Shown: positions 25,518-39,176 of the stretch, in pieces | How positions within the stretch are numbered: position 1 is the first letter of the stretch | Layout of the letters: the number at the start of each line of letters is the position of its first letter | NCBI RefSeq assembly: GCF_006345805.1 | Contig: NC_042998.1 | Coordinates: 131,378,001-131,442,000, forward strand | Length of the DNA stretch: 64,000 bases | Direction of reading: 5' to 3' | DNA from: Octopus sinensis | Taxonomy: Eukaryota | Notes under the pieces: model-generated | The model's input: only the letters and a program-made list of their open reading frames with translations | Databases searched by the model: none | Told to the model about the DNA's origin: nothing | Program-made: the position numbers and the translations under genes

Positions 25518-27438
25518 ATATAAGTACTGAGGGTTAAAATCATTATTAAGAAACAACGATTTATAGCAGTGGCCAACATGCGTGGTTACACGATTTGGAC
25601 TCTACTTTCAACATGTAAGGAAACCACTAGTGGCTTTCTTCTTATATTTTAATATAATTTCCAGTCCTTTTTTGACCATGCTGGCCACTGGTATAAATTG
25701 TTACTTCTTAATAATAATTTTTAGCCTCAGTACTTATATTTTTGAATATTTAATTCTCGAGTCAGGTAATTCACCGCTGAATTTTATTCGCTGCTGATTT
25801 ATTCTGGCTAGGCGCGGTGGTTGAAGACATTTGGACTGAATACATGACGTATTATGGTGGCACCCTATACGCACCTACGTCCTTTACGGAGATGGCATGT
25901 ATACGATTTCTATCATTATGTACCCCTTTGTTAATTATTAATGGTGAAACTTCGAAGTATGGAATTGACTGCTCCTCTTTTATCTTTTCATAGTGTCTTG
26001 TACACGTATATCCTACGCGTCGTTAAATGAGTACGCATTTTTCGTGGCTAAACGATCTGGCGTCTATTTTCAGCATCTAAGAAAACCACTTAGTGGCTTT
26101 CCTCTTTGTATATATATATAAGCACATCGTATATGTTCTCAAACGAAAACATTTGGTTTTCTCAAATTCCCATCAGCTTTACTCTATAGGCATCTACCAT
26201 AGCTCAGACGTCTCTTTAACTCTCCTTAAATATTTTATTGTGCACTTTAAACACTATTGTGTGATGTTTGAATAAATTAACTTGTTTTCTATGGAAACCA
26301 TATATATTTGAACTTGTGTATGCTTCTACAGGTATAAGGATATGTGCATCTATATATATAGTTAGATAAGTATGCATATATATATATATGTGTGTGTCTG
26401 TGTGTGTGTGTGTATGTGCGTGTATGTGAGTGTGTATACATACACATATATAAGTGTGTGTGTACATTTGTGTGTGTGTGTGAATTATGATATAAATCTA
26501 TATACTAAGACCACAAATGGATATTTCGGACTTGTATTTCTTGGTTAAGGACTTAAACTTAGGCTATTTATTGAAACGGATGCAATTATATTGAGGAAGT
26601 GCTATTTAAATCGTTTGAAAACACACAAAACTTTTACATTCTCTTTACTTTTAGTTCCAGATGTGTGAAAATCATCCACCCTCTGGGACTTGGCTGAAAG
26701 TGCGACGAATATTTCTCAAAAAGTGAACAAGGACTTTGGCACACTTTCCTGTTGTTAGTCATCGACCGACTGTTCCATTTCTAAAACTGATAAAATAGTT
26801 CACAAATTTCTAGGTGAGGCATTTAGTCGATGTGATCAAACCTTGACCTTAACAGGTTTTTTTATCAATCTCTGAATATATAGCATAGTGATGATAGCCA
26901 TGGGGAGAAGTACAAGATGAGAAGGAAGGCAGTTAAATCTGCTCTTAGTACAAATGTACAAGTTCTGTCCTTGTTCCAATATGTCAAAACTCTTTGTATG
27001 TTCTTATTACAGCAAATCGAATTCGATGTCAGGAATATGGATAGATAATCAATTATTCTTCGGCACTTATAACTCTTTGGTACATATTTAGGAATTCTAT
27101 CACTAAAAGAAGGATTGATTTCTTATCTGAAAACAGAGCTAGAGGTTTTTTACAGAAATTATTACAGCTAATTTATAGGTTGTCTTATAAGTTGAGGTAG
27201 CAACTTATAAGATGCTAGTGTTTGACTGGTAAACATTTTATCGAATCCAGAATACTGAAATGCGTGTGATGTATATGCGTAGACAAGGATAGGATTTGGA
27301 CTCGGAAAATGGTTGTCTGACGAGGACGATAAGTGGTAAAACTTCGAAATCAATGCCAGCTAAATTATTGAATATACAAACACACATGCATTCATACAGA
27401 CACACACACAGTGACAACAGACAGACAGACAGACAGAC

Positions 27439-27524
<86 letters not shown>

Positions 27525-28209
27525 TCATGCAAACACGCATAGACGTTGCTTGACTTTACATTATCATTCATTCTTGGGTTATGTACTTGTACCGTATATG
27601 GAATAGGGGTCCACTCGTTTGCAATCTAGGCACATCACTTCACCTGGTTCAGTACAATTTCTTGCTCTTTGAGTGTCCTTAGTAAAATTTGTTCTATTGC
27701 AACCTTTCGGATCAGACACCAAGCAAAGGAATTTCGTGATCTTATCGGACACTCACTTCTAACTTCTTTCTGCGTTCGAGCCAACCAAAACCTTACATCA
27801 CCAAATATTCTATATAGTAATGTCAGAGGACATAAAGCCTCCTGGGACAAACGTTACAAAACAGTAAAAATTTGGATTAGAGCGCAGTCTAGAGAAGGTA
27901 AAGTAAATAGACTTTGGACTCGGATAACGTATTACTGTGCAAGAAGTAACGCTAAGCGTTAGAAGACTGTGTAAAGTTGTGGATGGAACAGAAGACGATA
28001 TATGTGTGGGTCTAAGTATGTGCCTTTCTACTGCTCTCTTTCATCCCCTTGGTCAAGTGTCTTCTGCAAAAGAGACGATAGAATAAGTACTATGCTTACA
28101 AAGAATAAGGTCTGAGGTCAATTTCTTCCACTAGAAAGCCTTGAAGAGGATGCTCCAGCATCGCCGCAGTCAAATGACTGAAACAAGTAGAAGAATAAAA
28201 GAATATATG

Positions 28210-28420
28210 TCTTTTATTTCTTACATGTTTCTGTTGCCAGACGGCGGCCATGCTGACGTACTGCCTTGAAGAAATTAAATCGAACGAATACACACACAGC
28301 CCTTATTTTCATTTTAAGCCTGGTTTTATTCTATCGGTTTCTTTTAGCCGAACTGCTAGTTCACGGGGATGTAAACACTACGAACAGATGGCAAGCTGTG
28401 GCGGGGGACAAAAACAGATA
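28210..28420 (-). mobile_element. SINE family A tail fragment
   Basis: 'gcggccatgctgacgtactgccttgaagaaattaaatcgaac...ttattctatcggtttcttttagccgaactgctag'. Confidence 0.7.
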
Positions 28421-28782
28421 CATGTGCGTAACAAACATGTGCGTATCAAATGTGCGTATCAAACACAGATACGTGCGTATGTGTGTTAGCGTGTGTGTGT
28501 GGTGTGTGTGTGTGTGTGTGTGTGGTGTGTGTGTGTGTGTGTGTGTATGTGTGTGCATGTGCGCACGCGCGTGCCATTCTTCATTCCACCCACGTACGCT
28601 ATATACTTCTTACTGCAAGTCGTCCATTTACTACTGGTCTTTTATTTGAGTAATATGTTGCTTGTAGTTGTTATTATCATTATTACTGTTGGATTTGCTG
28701 CTGCAGATATAACATTATGCTTGTTGTTATGAATGAGTTACTTCTTGACCCAAACTAGTAACAGCGGTATGGTTTACAATCG

Positions 28783-28814
<32 letters not shown>

Positions 28815-29144
28815 CCCGTATACATATATAGAGAGAGGGAGAGAGACAAAGAAAGAGACACACAAAGAGGAAGAGAGTGAGCGACAGAGAGACAGAGAGA
28901 AAGAAAGACGGAGAAGAGAGGATAGATGAGAAAGTGATAGAAGGTGAAAGAAAATCAGAAATTCAGGCACAATGATCGAAAAAAAGAGACATACGGACAG
29001 AAATCCAATATAGTGAAATATATTATTTGTTATATATACATTCAGAAAGAAAGATAGATAGATAGATGTAATTATATACTTATGCCTATGCACACGCTAG
29101 TTTATATATACACATGTAAATATATAAATATTTATATATATATA

Positions 29145-29250
<106 letters not shown>

Positions 29251-29278
29251 ATATATATAAGTGTGTGTGTTCCTGCAT

Positions 29279-29347
<69 letters not shown>

Positions 29348-29904
29348 ATATATATAATATACATATATATATATATATACTTATATGTATATATATATAT
29401 ATATACACACACATTCGTATACATGCATGTATATATATCGATGTATATTAGTATGTGTGTGTGTATATGGTTGTTTCTGTGAGTACGCTTGCGTGTAGTA
29501 TCTGACAACTCTGAAGGCTAAGAAGCGTGAAATTGTACAAAATACTAATAAATTTATTGAAGCATACCTTCTAGACATGAATAGTCTCGAAAAACCGTTT
29601 GTCCGCTAGCAATATTTTGCCTACTTAATCTCAAATTGAAATCATGAAATATATAGTATTTTGTTTTCAGAGTGTTTTAGAGCATAGTATAAATTTTTAC
29701 GCTATAAATGTCGATATTATTAAAACCTTTAGTGAACCTTTAGAAATATATATTTCTAATGCAGGTACAATATATCAAATTATTGACTATATGTCGAGCC
29801 CATATTTTTCGGGCTTATATTTTCTTGATCTTAGCTGGTCGGCTACTGAAGTCTTTCGGCTTGCAGACTATGAATCATCATGATGCCGGCAACATCATCT
29901 GAAG

Positions 29905-30135
29905 TGATGAGCTGTCAGAATCATTAGCACGCCGGACAGAATGCTCTATGGCATTTCTTTCGGCTTTACGTTCTGAGTTCAAATTCCATTGTGTCAACTT
30001 TTCCTTTCATTCTTTCACAGTCTATAAAATAGGTAGCAGTCTATAAAATAAGTACCAGTTATGCAATCGACTATCCCCCATCTCCCAAACAAAATTTTCA
30101 GGTCATGTGTGTCTAGCAGAAAGAATTATACTGGT
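29905..30135 (+). mobile_element. SINE family B, decayed
   Basis: 'gatgagctgtcagaatcattagcacgccggacagaatgc...acgttctgagttcaaattcc'. Confidence 0.75.
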
Positions 30136-30189
30136 ATCATTTATGTCTTGACACTGTCCTTTCATGTCCTTGTTCGAACAGCACTTCCA

Positions 30190-31510
30190 GTTTACGCTGG
30201 AGAAGTTCGTGAGTCAATTAATACCGAAGAGATGAGAGACGATACATTTCGTGATTAGAATTAGTTCCGATAAGTAATCATTTAGTATGATCATCAATTG
30301 AATGCCGCTACACGTTGAAATGATCGAACCTTTGGAAATTGGGATCAAAACTGACTGCCTTGAAGACAGTTGGCCAAATAACCTTGATGGATCCAATGAA
30401 AATCGTTTGATGGATCCAAATTGATCAGAGCCCCCCTTGAATTCAGGTTTGTGATAGGTCTGTGATTTCTGTACTTAGTGACCGACAACTCGTGACAAAA
30501 CCTTTGCTGGCATATTGACCAAAATTATAAACTGTCTAGCGATCAGAGCTATTATCAATAACTTCCAACTCGACCATGCCTTCCACAGTACACAATGCTG
30601 AGAATTCCCTCATTTTGTTGCCTGGAGCAATGATCATCTGTCAAAACAGGAACAAATCTATAATAAATGTGCAAATCTTAGAGGTAAACTATACAAAGAA
30701 TGACTCCTCGCACCAACCCATGACTCACCACCAGCCCTTGCTTGGCTATTCTTACCAGTTTTCCGAAATATTCCTGAACTTCTACTTAGTGCTGCAATAG
30801 GCCTCAAAGAAAGCATTAAGTTCTATCCACCATCCGTCCTGAATATTTGCACAAAATACCGCTGAATATCCCACACATTTGTTTAAAATCGAGTAATACT
30901 TGCCTGTCCCCATCTTCCAAAGACCGACTTATCGTTTATTCATCTACGTTGCTCTTCTATTACCCGGGGCCTTCGAACGACTTTTATTCCGGGTCTTTCA
31001 GTAGACGTCCTATATCGTAGTTCAAACCGTCGAAGGCTATTCTCGAGGTTAACCTGTCGGCCGCAATGACTTTTCTAATTTGCTCACTAGAAGCCCCTCT
31101 TATTCATATATATTTTTGTCACTACCTATCTCTTCTAATCTAATCACACTCGGCAGACTTTTACAACAGTCTTTGCTGACATTCGCCTCTGCAAACTGAA
31201 GCCTAAGTAAGTCTCTAATTCAATCGCCGGAAACGTCACGCTGAGCGCGTGAATATTTATTAATGCAATAATGTAAGAATGTGAAGATCACAAATCAGAG
31301 GGCCGTGTATCCTAACAGTTGAAATTGTGGGCACTCTACAAACTCATTGTCTACTGATCGGACAAATGAGTTATTTAGATACGATCTGGAAGACCCATGT
31401 AGTTGCTTCATATTCATATCGATGGATTCTGAATAATCTAGCAGACAGTTGGAAGTACCTACTCAGTTCTTGAAGAGTTTAAACTCCGTTTCTTATTAAC
31501 TAATTCTATA
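30190..31510 (-). mobile_element. Degenerate Tx1/L1-type LINE (APE endonuclease C-terminus to RT)
   Basis: Minus frames give GSSRSYLNNSFVRSVDNEFVECPQFQLLGYT (APE end), ALINLDPSNDF..HQGYL (cf. LDQSKAFDRVDH) and LNDYLSELILIT; many stops and frameshifts. Confidence 0.7.
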
Positions 31511-31547
31511 CACTCCCAGCGTACGTCTAATATGTCATTTCACTCTT

Positions 31548-31735
31548 ATGCGGTGAACTGGCAGAACGTCGAACAAAATGCTTAGCGTTATTTTGTTCAA
31601 CTTTACGTTCTGAGTTGGAAATCATAATTTCAAAGTGTATAAAATAAGTACTAGTTGAGCACTGGTGTCACTGTAAACTACTTAACCCCTCCCCAGAATT
31701 TACCAGCCTTATGCCAAAATCTAAAACCAGTATGT
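31548..31735 (+). mobile_element. SINE family B, decayed
   Basis: 'gcggtgaactggcagaacgtc...ttacgttctgagttgg...aataagtactagttgagcactgg'. Confidence 0.7.
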
Positions 31736-32206
31736 CATACAGCTCTACTACTTGTACTAAAAAGCAAGACTTTCCCATCAAATGCTTCTAGTTGATTCAA
31801 AAATATCAGGTCGCCCTACAGTAGTGAGGGCTAGAATGCATACTCTTCCATACCACTCATATTCAGCTGCCCCGACTCACCATTCGAGTCCAGATAAAGT
31901 GGTCGGTGAGTTTGTGAATGTGTTTTTTTTCCTGTTTGGGGGCTGGGGTGGGGGTTGATGGAGAGATTATTTTGTGTGCGCGGCGGTATGCTGGAATTTG
32001 AATAGGCTTTCTGGACGGTGGTGCTGGTTCCTACTGCTGTTATTGTTGTTGATGTCCCTGCTGTTATTGTCATTGTTACTATTTATGCTACTGTTATTGT
32101 AACTCTTTTTTTCTTCTTCATCCCCTTCTTCTTCTCCTCCTCTTCATCCTCCTTCTTCTTCATTGTTGAGCTGACAGCAGTGCGAACAATTCCGTTTTCT
32201 TGATCA

Positions 32207-32600
32207 TCTATATATATAAAACTGAGAGTGTGTGTCTGTCTGTCTGTCTGTGTGAATCCCTAAAACTTGAGAACTACCCAACCAATTTCAATCAAATTTT
32301 ACAGATGCCTTACTTAGGGTCCATGTAGTGTCAGAGGCAAAAAACAATTTTAACTTCTTACCTAGGGCGAGCCCACAGCAATATCATATCTTCTCCATTA
32401 TTTCAGTATTACGTGTTAAAAGTGAAGCAAAGACATCTCTCTATTGTAATGTCACATACTTTCACTTTAATACTGAAACTAATAAAGTGAAAATATTATA
32501 TAGTGGACATCCATTTTGCTAGAAGAAGATCCACTACGGTCTTATATGCTACACCACAGGTTTTCAATTCATATTAATCAAATTAATATTCAATTTTTTA
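32207..32600 (+). mobile_element. Helitron-like 5' fragment
   Basis: A|TCTATATATATAAAACTG start identical to the 20610 copy; no 3' CTAG seen nearby. Confidence 0.5.
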
Positions 32601-32802
32601 CCCTTATTATTTTAGATTTAAATTTACATGTATATATATATATATAGATGTATACATATAGATGTATATATATAGATGTATATATATATATAGATGTATA
32701 TAAAGTTAATCCAAACAAGAAAGCACAAAACAACACAAGAACGCGAGGACGTGGAACAAATATAGTATTATTGGACGCTCGGGAAAGACGGAAAGAAGGA
32801 GG

Positions 32803-32837
32803 GTTTAACGTTTCGAGCGGAGCTCTTCGTCGGAAAC
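32803..32837 (-). ncRNA. Hammerhead motif (family A-HHR), U4C core variant, in element 32704-32900
   Basis: GTTT-CCGACGA-A-GAGC-TCC-GCTC-GAA-ACGT-T-AAAC; all stems intact. Confidence 0.75.
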
Positions 32838-33184
32838 ATAGGAGAAGGAAAGATCCAGAGAAGGGAAGACAGAGGGAAAAATCACCAACGGTACACACGC
32901 AGTAACATTTTTCATATATACATAGATGTATATATATACATGTATATATATATATCTTTATATACATGTATATACATAGGTGTATATATATATATACATG
33001 TATATGTATAGCTGTATATGTACACATGTATATGTATAGCTGTATATGTATAGATGTATATGTATAGATGTATGTGTAGATGTATATATATATAGATGTA
33101 CATGTAATATGTACACATATATATACACATATATACAAGCATACATATATACGCCCATACACACATACACATGCACATAATACA

Positions 33185-33820
33185 TAGGTGCAGGTGTGAC
33201 TGTGTGGTAACTTGGCATGCGTCTTCTGCTATAGCCTCAGACCAAACAAAGCCTTGTCAGGGGATTTTGTAGACAGAAACTGAAAGAAATCACTTGTATA
33301 TATATATATATATGTATATATGTAAGTCTATGTGTGTGTCTTTGTGTTTCTCCCTCATCACTGCTTCACAACCGGTGTTCGTTTATTTACAACCCCATAA
33401 CTAACTTCTTTCACAAGAAACTGATAGAATAAGTACCAAGCTTATCAAAATAAAAAAGCACTAGGCAGTGTCCCATATGTTTGTTTGCCCACTCAGTTGT
33501 ATCTATCAATTTATCTTTGTTTGTGTGTATGTGTGTGTGTGTGTATATATATATATGGATTTCGTAGACAGGAACTGAAACAAATCATTCGTATATATAT
33601 GTATGTATATATGTAAGTGCATGTGTATGTCTTTGTCTCTGTATTTCGCCCTCATCACTGTTTTACAACCGCTGTTCATTTATTGACATCCCCATGACTT
33701 ACTGGTTTCACAAGAACAAACTAATAGAATAAGTACCAGGCTTATCAACATAAAAAAATCACTAGGCTTTGTCTCATATTTTTGTTTGCGCACTCAGTTG
33801 TATCTATCAATTTATCTTTC

Positions 33821-33830
<10 letters not shown>
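33185..33830 (+). mobile_element. SINE family A with old tandem duplication of body plus flank
   Basis: 33260-33555 is homologous to 33557-33830. Confidence 0.7.
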
Positions 33831-33869
<39 letters not shown>

Positions 33870-34161
33870 CACCCTAATGGGCCTTAACCCCCAAATTTTA
33901 GTCATTTCTTTTATGATCCAAAAATCTTTTTAACAGGTTAAATAAGACTGGGATTTTGCAATATGCACATAAAAATCAGTAGTATGGGATACATGTGGCA
34001 CGATTACAATCTTTTAGGGTGTGTAAAGAGGGAAATAACCCTCATCTGCAATTTTGATGAAATTCGAAACATAGATATTCCAGTTCATTACAGAAAATAT
34101 AACACAAAAGTCTAATTCTTCAATTGCATGTAACACGGGCAACGCCGGGTATCTCTGCTAG
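33870..34161 (+). mobile_element. Helitron 3' fragment
   Basis: Ends 'acacgggcaacgccgggtatctctgCTAG|T'. Confidence 0.7.
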
Positions 34162-34619
34162 TTATTCTCAGCCTTCTGAGTTGTCAGATACTACACGCAA
34201 GTGTACTCACAGAAACAAACATATACACTCCACACACACACACACACACACTCGTATACATCGAAGGTTCTCAGATGGCAGAAGTGTTGATAGCCTTGAC
34301 AGAATAATGAACGAAGCGGTTTCTTTTGTTGCTGTGATATCAGTGCTAGAAGCATTGCTGACAATATCACTAACGTTTCCGTTTTTAATGTCATCATCAA
34401 CACAATTATTTTTGTCGTGAAAACAATCAGCCGATGGTTACACAGGTGGTCACGGAATTTTTTTTCATTAAAACTATCAAAAATAAAATTGGTATTGTTG
34501 TTTTATGCTTTGCTTCTGGTGTTGCTATTTTCTTGTAATCATTGTAATATTTGTTGCTTATGATGCTATTAGTGGATGTGTAAATGGTATGAGTGGTATT
34601 GTTGGCACTCTTACCGCAA

Positions 34620-34871
34620 ACTTTCTCTAAAAGTGGGGCGTTATAGAAAAGTGGTGCGATAATGGGGTGACCAAAGGGGGTGATGGATATAAAAACAACA
34701 AAATAATATGTTAATTAGGTTAAGTTTTATTTGTAAAATACAGTGTTTTTTTTTTAATTTGCTGCAGAAAGTGGTCTATGTTTGTGGTGGTGAGTGGAGT
34801 GGAGTTGGGCGCTAAGAATGTGGCCCGAGAGCTAAGTGTGTGGAAGCCCGAAAAAGTTCGGGAACCACTGG
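34620..34871. mobile_element. Possible hAT (Charlie-like) MITE end
   Basis: Right end 'aaaaagttcgggaaccactg' is the reverse complement of CAGTGGTTCCCGAAC, resembling hAT TIRs; partner TIR not found. Confidence 0.4.
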
Positions 34872-35339
34872 TCTAAATCATACTTTTCTTTTGACTAATA
34901 AATTTTTTTAAATAAACGACAACTTTTCAGCGACTGACATCATGTCTACCACAACTCTCCCTCAACACTGCACCCCGTTTAAACTTCAACACAGTTGACA
35001 TTTTTAAATGGAATTACTGTCTGCTTATAGTAGATGATGGGGACAAATAGTTGTGTCTTTCTTAATTAGGATATATACAAATGATTTTCAATTAACATTT
35101 TTTCTAGAATGTTATCGAAAAGTTTCTTAACAAAATATTTTCAAGATTCCATTGTAGAAATTCGAAAATGCAGGATTAAATAATGGAGCTACTATGCAAA
35201 CGGATACGATATCGGCATCAACAACAACAACAGCAACAATATCATCAACACAATAATTATGAACAGCAGCAGCAAGAAGAAGAAGAAGAAGAAGAAGAAG
35301 AAGAAGAAGAAGAAGAAGAAGAAGAAGAAGAAGAAGAAG

Positions 35340-36125
35340 AATTCCCGTGCAGCATTGAAGAGAGAAAAATAAAGAATACTAAGACTTTGATAAAAAAATC
35401 GAGATAAGAGAATTAAGCCAAACGCAAACTTCAAATAGTTAGGTATTCATGAACTGGAGAGATTACAGCACACAAAAATCAAATCCGAGGTTAGGAAGAA
35501 ATAGATTAATTACGTTAGATTAATGCTTAAAACAGAGCTAAATACAAAAAAATAATGTGCGTCAATAGTCAAGCGGTTGCATTAATATGTTATAGATATT
35601 GTATTTTCAAGTGTTTGCTAAATGAATTTACGAGACAAGATAGAAAAGCTGGTAAGATTATTTACTACATTTGGTAAAATTTGACAGAGACAGTTTTTAT
35701 CAGCCACAAATGCTGGTAAGAGTTCTCCGTAACTAGAAAACAAACTTTTACACAATATTCAACGTAGGGCTAAAACTATTGTTGGAAAACTAATGTAAAA
35801 AGCTACGAAATAGGATTAAAACTAATAAAGAAGAACCGTTTTTCTGTCTAAAAGTAATCCAAAATAAAAAAAAATTACAAAACAGAGGATTAGATGACAA
35901 GCAAGTGTAAAAAGGAAGAAGAAAAGACAACCGAAATTTGGAAAAAAAGTTAGAACATAACCTGAACTGGGACCTGCTGTGTGCTATTGTAATGCGATGA
36001 CTAAAGTATCCCCTGCACGGCGCATACCTGAAACATAAAAGGTTATAAAGTAAAATCGTATCGCTGGCTAGGAAGCTCAAGTCTCGAAGCTGAGACAGCA
36101 AGATTCTTGATTGCAAGACAGAACC
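35340..36125 (+). mobile_element. Degenerate R4/Dong-like non-LTR fragment
   Basis: PLHGAYLK and SYRWLGSSSLEAETARFLIARQN resemble the 'LHGxY...WL.SS.LK.ETEGF.IAAQDQ' region; follows a (GAA)n tract. Confidence 0.6.
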
Positions 36126-36560
36126 AAAAGTGCAGCCACAAGACCAGCAATTTTGGGGGCAAGCGGAGAAACTTAATGAACACCTTCAACTCCGGTAATT
36201 GACTGATACTTTATTTTATCAACCCCGAAAGGATGAATTCTAAAGTTACCTCCTTCCCCAACAGGAGTAGAAAATGTAAACAACAAAGGAACAAACAGCG
36301 CAAAGAATTTGTTGATACGCTCTACGATCCTGCCAATTCGCTACCCTAATAACAATAATAGCAAATTACTTTAAAATTTGGCAGCAGCCCAGTAATTTAT
36401 GGGAGAGGGGCTTAGTCGTTCACATCGACCACCACCACTTGAATGTTACTCAATATTATTGAACCTGAAATGATGAAGGGCTTAGTTGCCCTTGATGAGA
36501 TTTGAACGTAAAGAGTCGAAAGAAACGCCGCTAAGTATTTGGTCCTTCCTCGATAACAAT
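36125..36560 (-). mobile_element. Two adjacent decayed SINE family B copies
   Basis: 'ttattttatcaaccccgaaaggatg' and 'attgaacctgaaatgatgaagggc...gatttgaacgt' bodies. Confidence 0.65.
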
Positions 36561-37545
36561 TGTGCTTTCTCGCCCTGCTACTAATACTGAAACAGTAATA
36601 ATTGCCATCGTAATTACTTGTTGCATACTTATTGATAACAATCAACCGTAAAATGTATTACGGTTCTTGGACGTAATTCAATTTGACTGTTTCACTGATA
36701 TGAAAATTGTTCTAAACGAGAAGGATATCACAATTGTAAACAATTTTCAATAGATTTGTTGAAAAACTTGTGCCGATTAAGGTTATACATGTGAGTGTAT
36801 GAGAGAGACAGAAAAAGAGGGCGTGATGTGTAAATATATAAATACATACAAACATACATACACACACATAAACACACACGCACATATATAACGTATATGT
36901 GTATGTGCACATATACTCTATATACATGTACATATATACATATATGTATGTATGCATGATGTATGTATGTATGTATGTATGTATTATAGCATCAATGACA
37001 TTTTTACAAATTGCCGTCGCCATCTATCCTTCCAAACCACCCAGTTAATTGTGTTTAATCACTTCACCCTTACGTTGAGAAATTTGAGGTCTAACTTCCT
37101 AATAAATATACTTAATACGGGAAATGAATAAGATTTTTACTCACTAGATTAACTAGATTAACGTGTTCCTTAACAAAACACCCAGTTGTGTTTTATTAGC
37201 TGACATACATTACCTTCTTATCTTCAATAATAACTATTATCCTGTCATTATATTCGATCTGGTGTCAATACTGTTCTAAACTGACTTGATACAATTATTT
37301 CACATAACGTATTGTAATACACAATTTACCGTTACGGAAAATGGCAGCTAAATCACCCTCAAACTTCACACTTTTGTTGATAAGGGAGAGACATATCGTT
37401 AAAGGTTATCTCAGATATGCAATATCGCAAAGAAAGTAAAGATTGTCATAGTTGAAACGCCTTTTATCATAGATCCATTCATTCAAGTTTTATCGTGGAT
37501 TAAACCACAACAACAACTGCCACAGCAACAACAACAATAACTGCT

Positions 37546-37576
<31 letters not shown>

Positions 37577-39176
37577 CGGCTGTAGCAGCAGGAACAGAGT
37601 TTAGTTAGCTGTGTTCTCCAGTCAGGTGAACTGGGCCGTTGAGACTTAGATAACGCAGTGACGCAGACCTTTCAGCTGGCTGATTAGTTCTGCCCTTATT
37701 GAAGCGACCAACCGCGAAATCCATCGAACCATCACAAGACCAGCGATTTGAGAAGAGCATCAGCACCCTATGGCAGGAGGAAATAATAGAAATATTAAGT
37801 AAATACAAAAAGAGAGGGTAGTTTGAGCATAAATAATCTTTCCTGTCATCGCCATGACAAAACATATAAATACGAACAAAAGATGAGGCTAAAACAAGGA
37901 GGTAGGTGTCCAATATATTTAAGGCCCGTTTTTAATGTATTTTTTGCATGAGAGGTCGGGACAAGGAAAAAAAGATAAATAGTGACTGGTGCATGGTAAC
38001 TTAATGGGTGGTGGGCGTGGAATTTGTGGTAGATATAGCAAGAGCTTTCAATTTCTATTAGAGTAATTAAGCAATATTTAGTAGTCACTTTAGGACGTTA
38101 GTAAATAATAAAGGAGTACGTGCTAAAAAAAATACATATAAATACATTCTATATATATACATATGTGTAAATACACAAACACACTAACACACACACACAT
38201 AGATGGACATATACTCATAAGTATATGCACATATATATTATGAATCAAGAGACTAAGTAAATAGATTATTAGTAAGTTAATAATTAATTACTGGAATGAG
38301 GCAAGAAACCTGTAGCTGGATAGAATAACGGTGCAGTGATTAAACGATACAGACATAATAAATATCCATTGAATATATGTAGGCATGGGTTTCTCTGTGT
38401 ACTTAATGCGCCTATGTTGAGGGTGTGTTTGTGTTTTCGATGTGTATGAGTTGTCAAATGTGTCTGTGTGTGCACATTGTATGCATCAGTCGATGTTGAA
38501 TGTGTGCGCATGTGTCAAATGTATGTGCATGTATGTAACTATGCAGAGATGTTTAATGACAAACAAAACAGTTTGTGACAAGTGCTTAACTGTATAAGCA
38601 AGGACATCTATAAACAATGAAGATGGATAGCTGGGTAAGGTGATAAAACACACGCGCGCGCGCACACACACACACACACACACATATACGCATGCAAATA
38701 TATACACACACACAAAATACACAAAACCAAACAGATACACGCACACACACAAAACACGCACTCACTAACATCCTCTCTTTTTTCTCTCGCCCCTACCCCG
38801 TCCTTCTTTCTCTCTCTCTCTCTCTCTCCCTTTATATGAGTGTATATATATTTTACTGTATGTTTTTATGTTTAGTTATAAAAACAGTTTTACATTAATC
38901 TGAGAGGAGGAGGAGGAAGAGGTGGTGGTAGTGGGGGTGGTAGTGGGGATGGTATAAATTATGATAAACATAAGTTTATATCATTTGTTTCCTATGTACG
39001 TTTCACCGTTCTAGCTGTTTGGAACCACTGCATTGAATGTTCCAAGTGCAATTGGATGCTGAATTACAACGGATCAGCATGGAAACACTTTATTGCATTA
39101 AGGTGATACATTCTATTTCAGAGATTAAGGCTCAGCTTCAGCACGATGACTTGAAAACTGTTAAGTGCCGGACTGA

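Noticed and set aside
26661-26812. Exon-like segment with strong acceptor and TAG|GTGAGG donor
   Set aside because: Stops in all three frames; at best non-coding
37605-37945. ORFs on both strands (102 aa minus; ~88 codons plus) and CRE-like motifs
   Set aside because: No recognisable homology, no start or splice support, and short motifs are expected by chance
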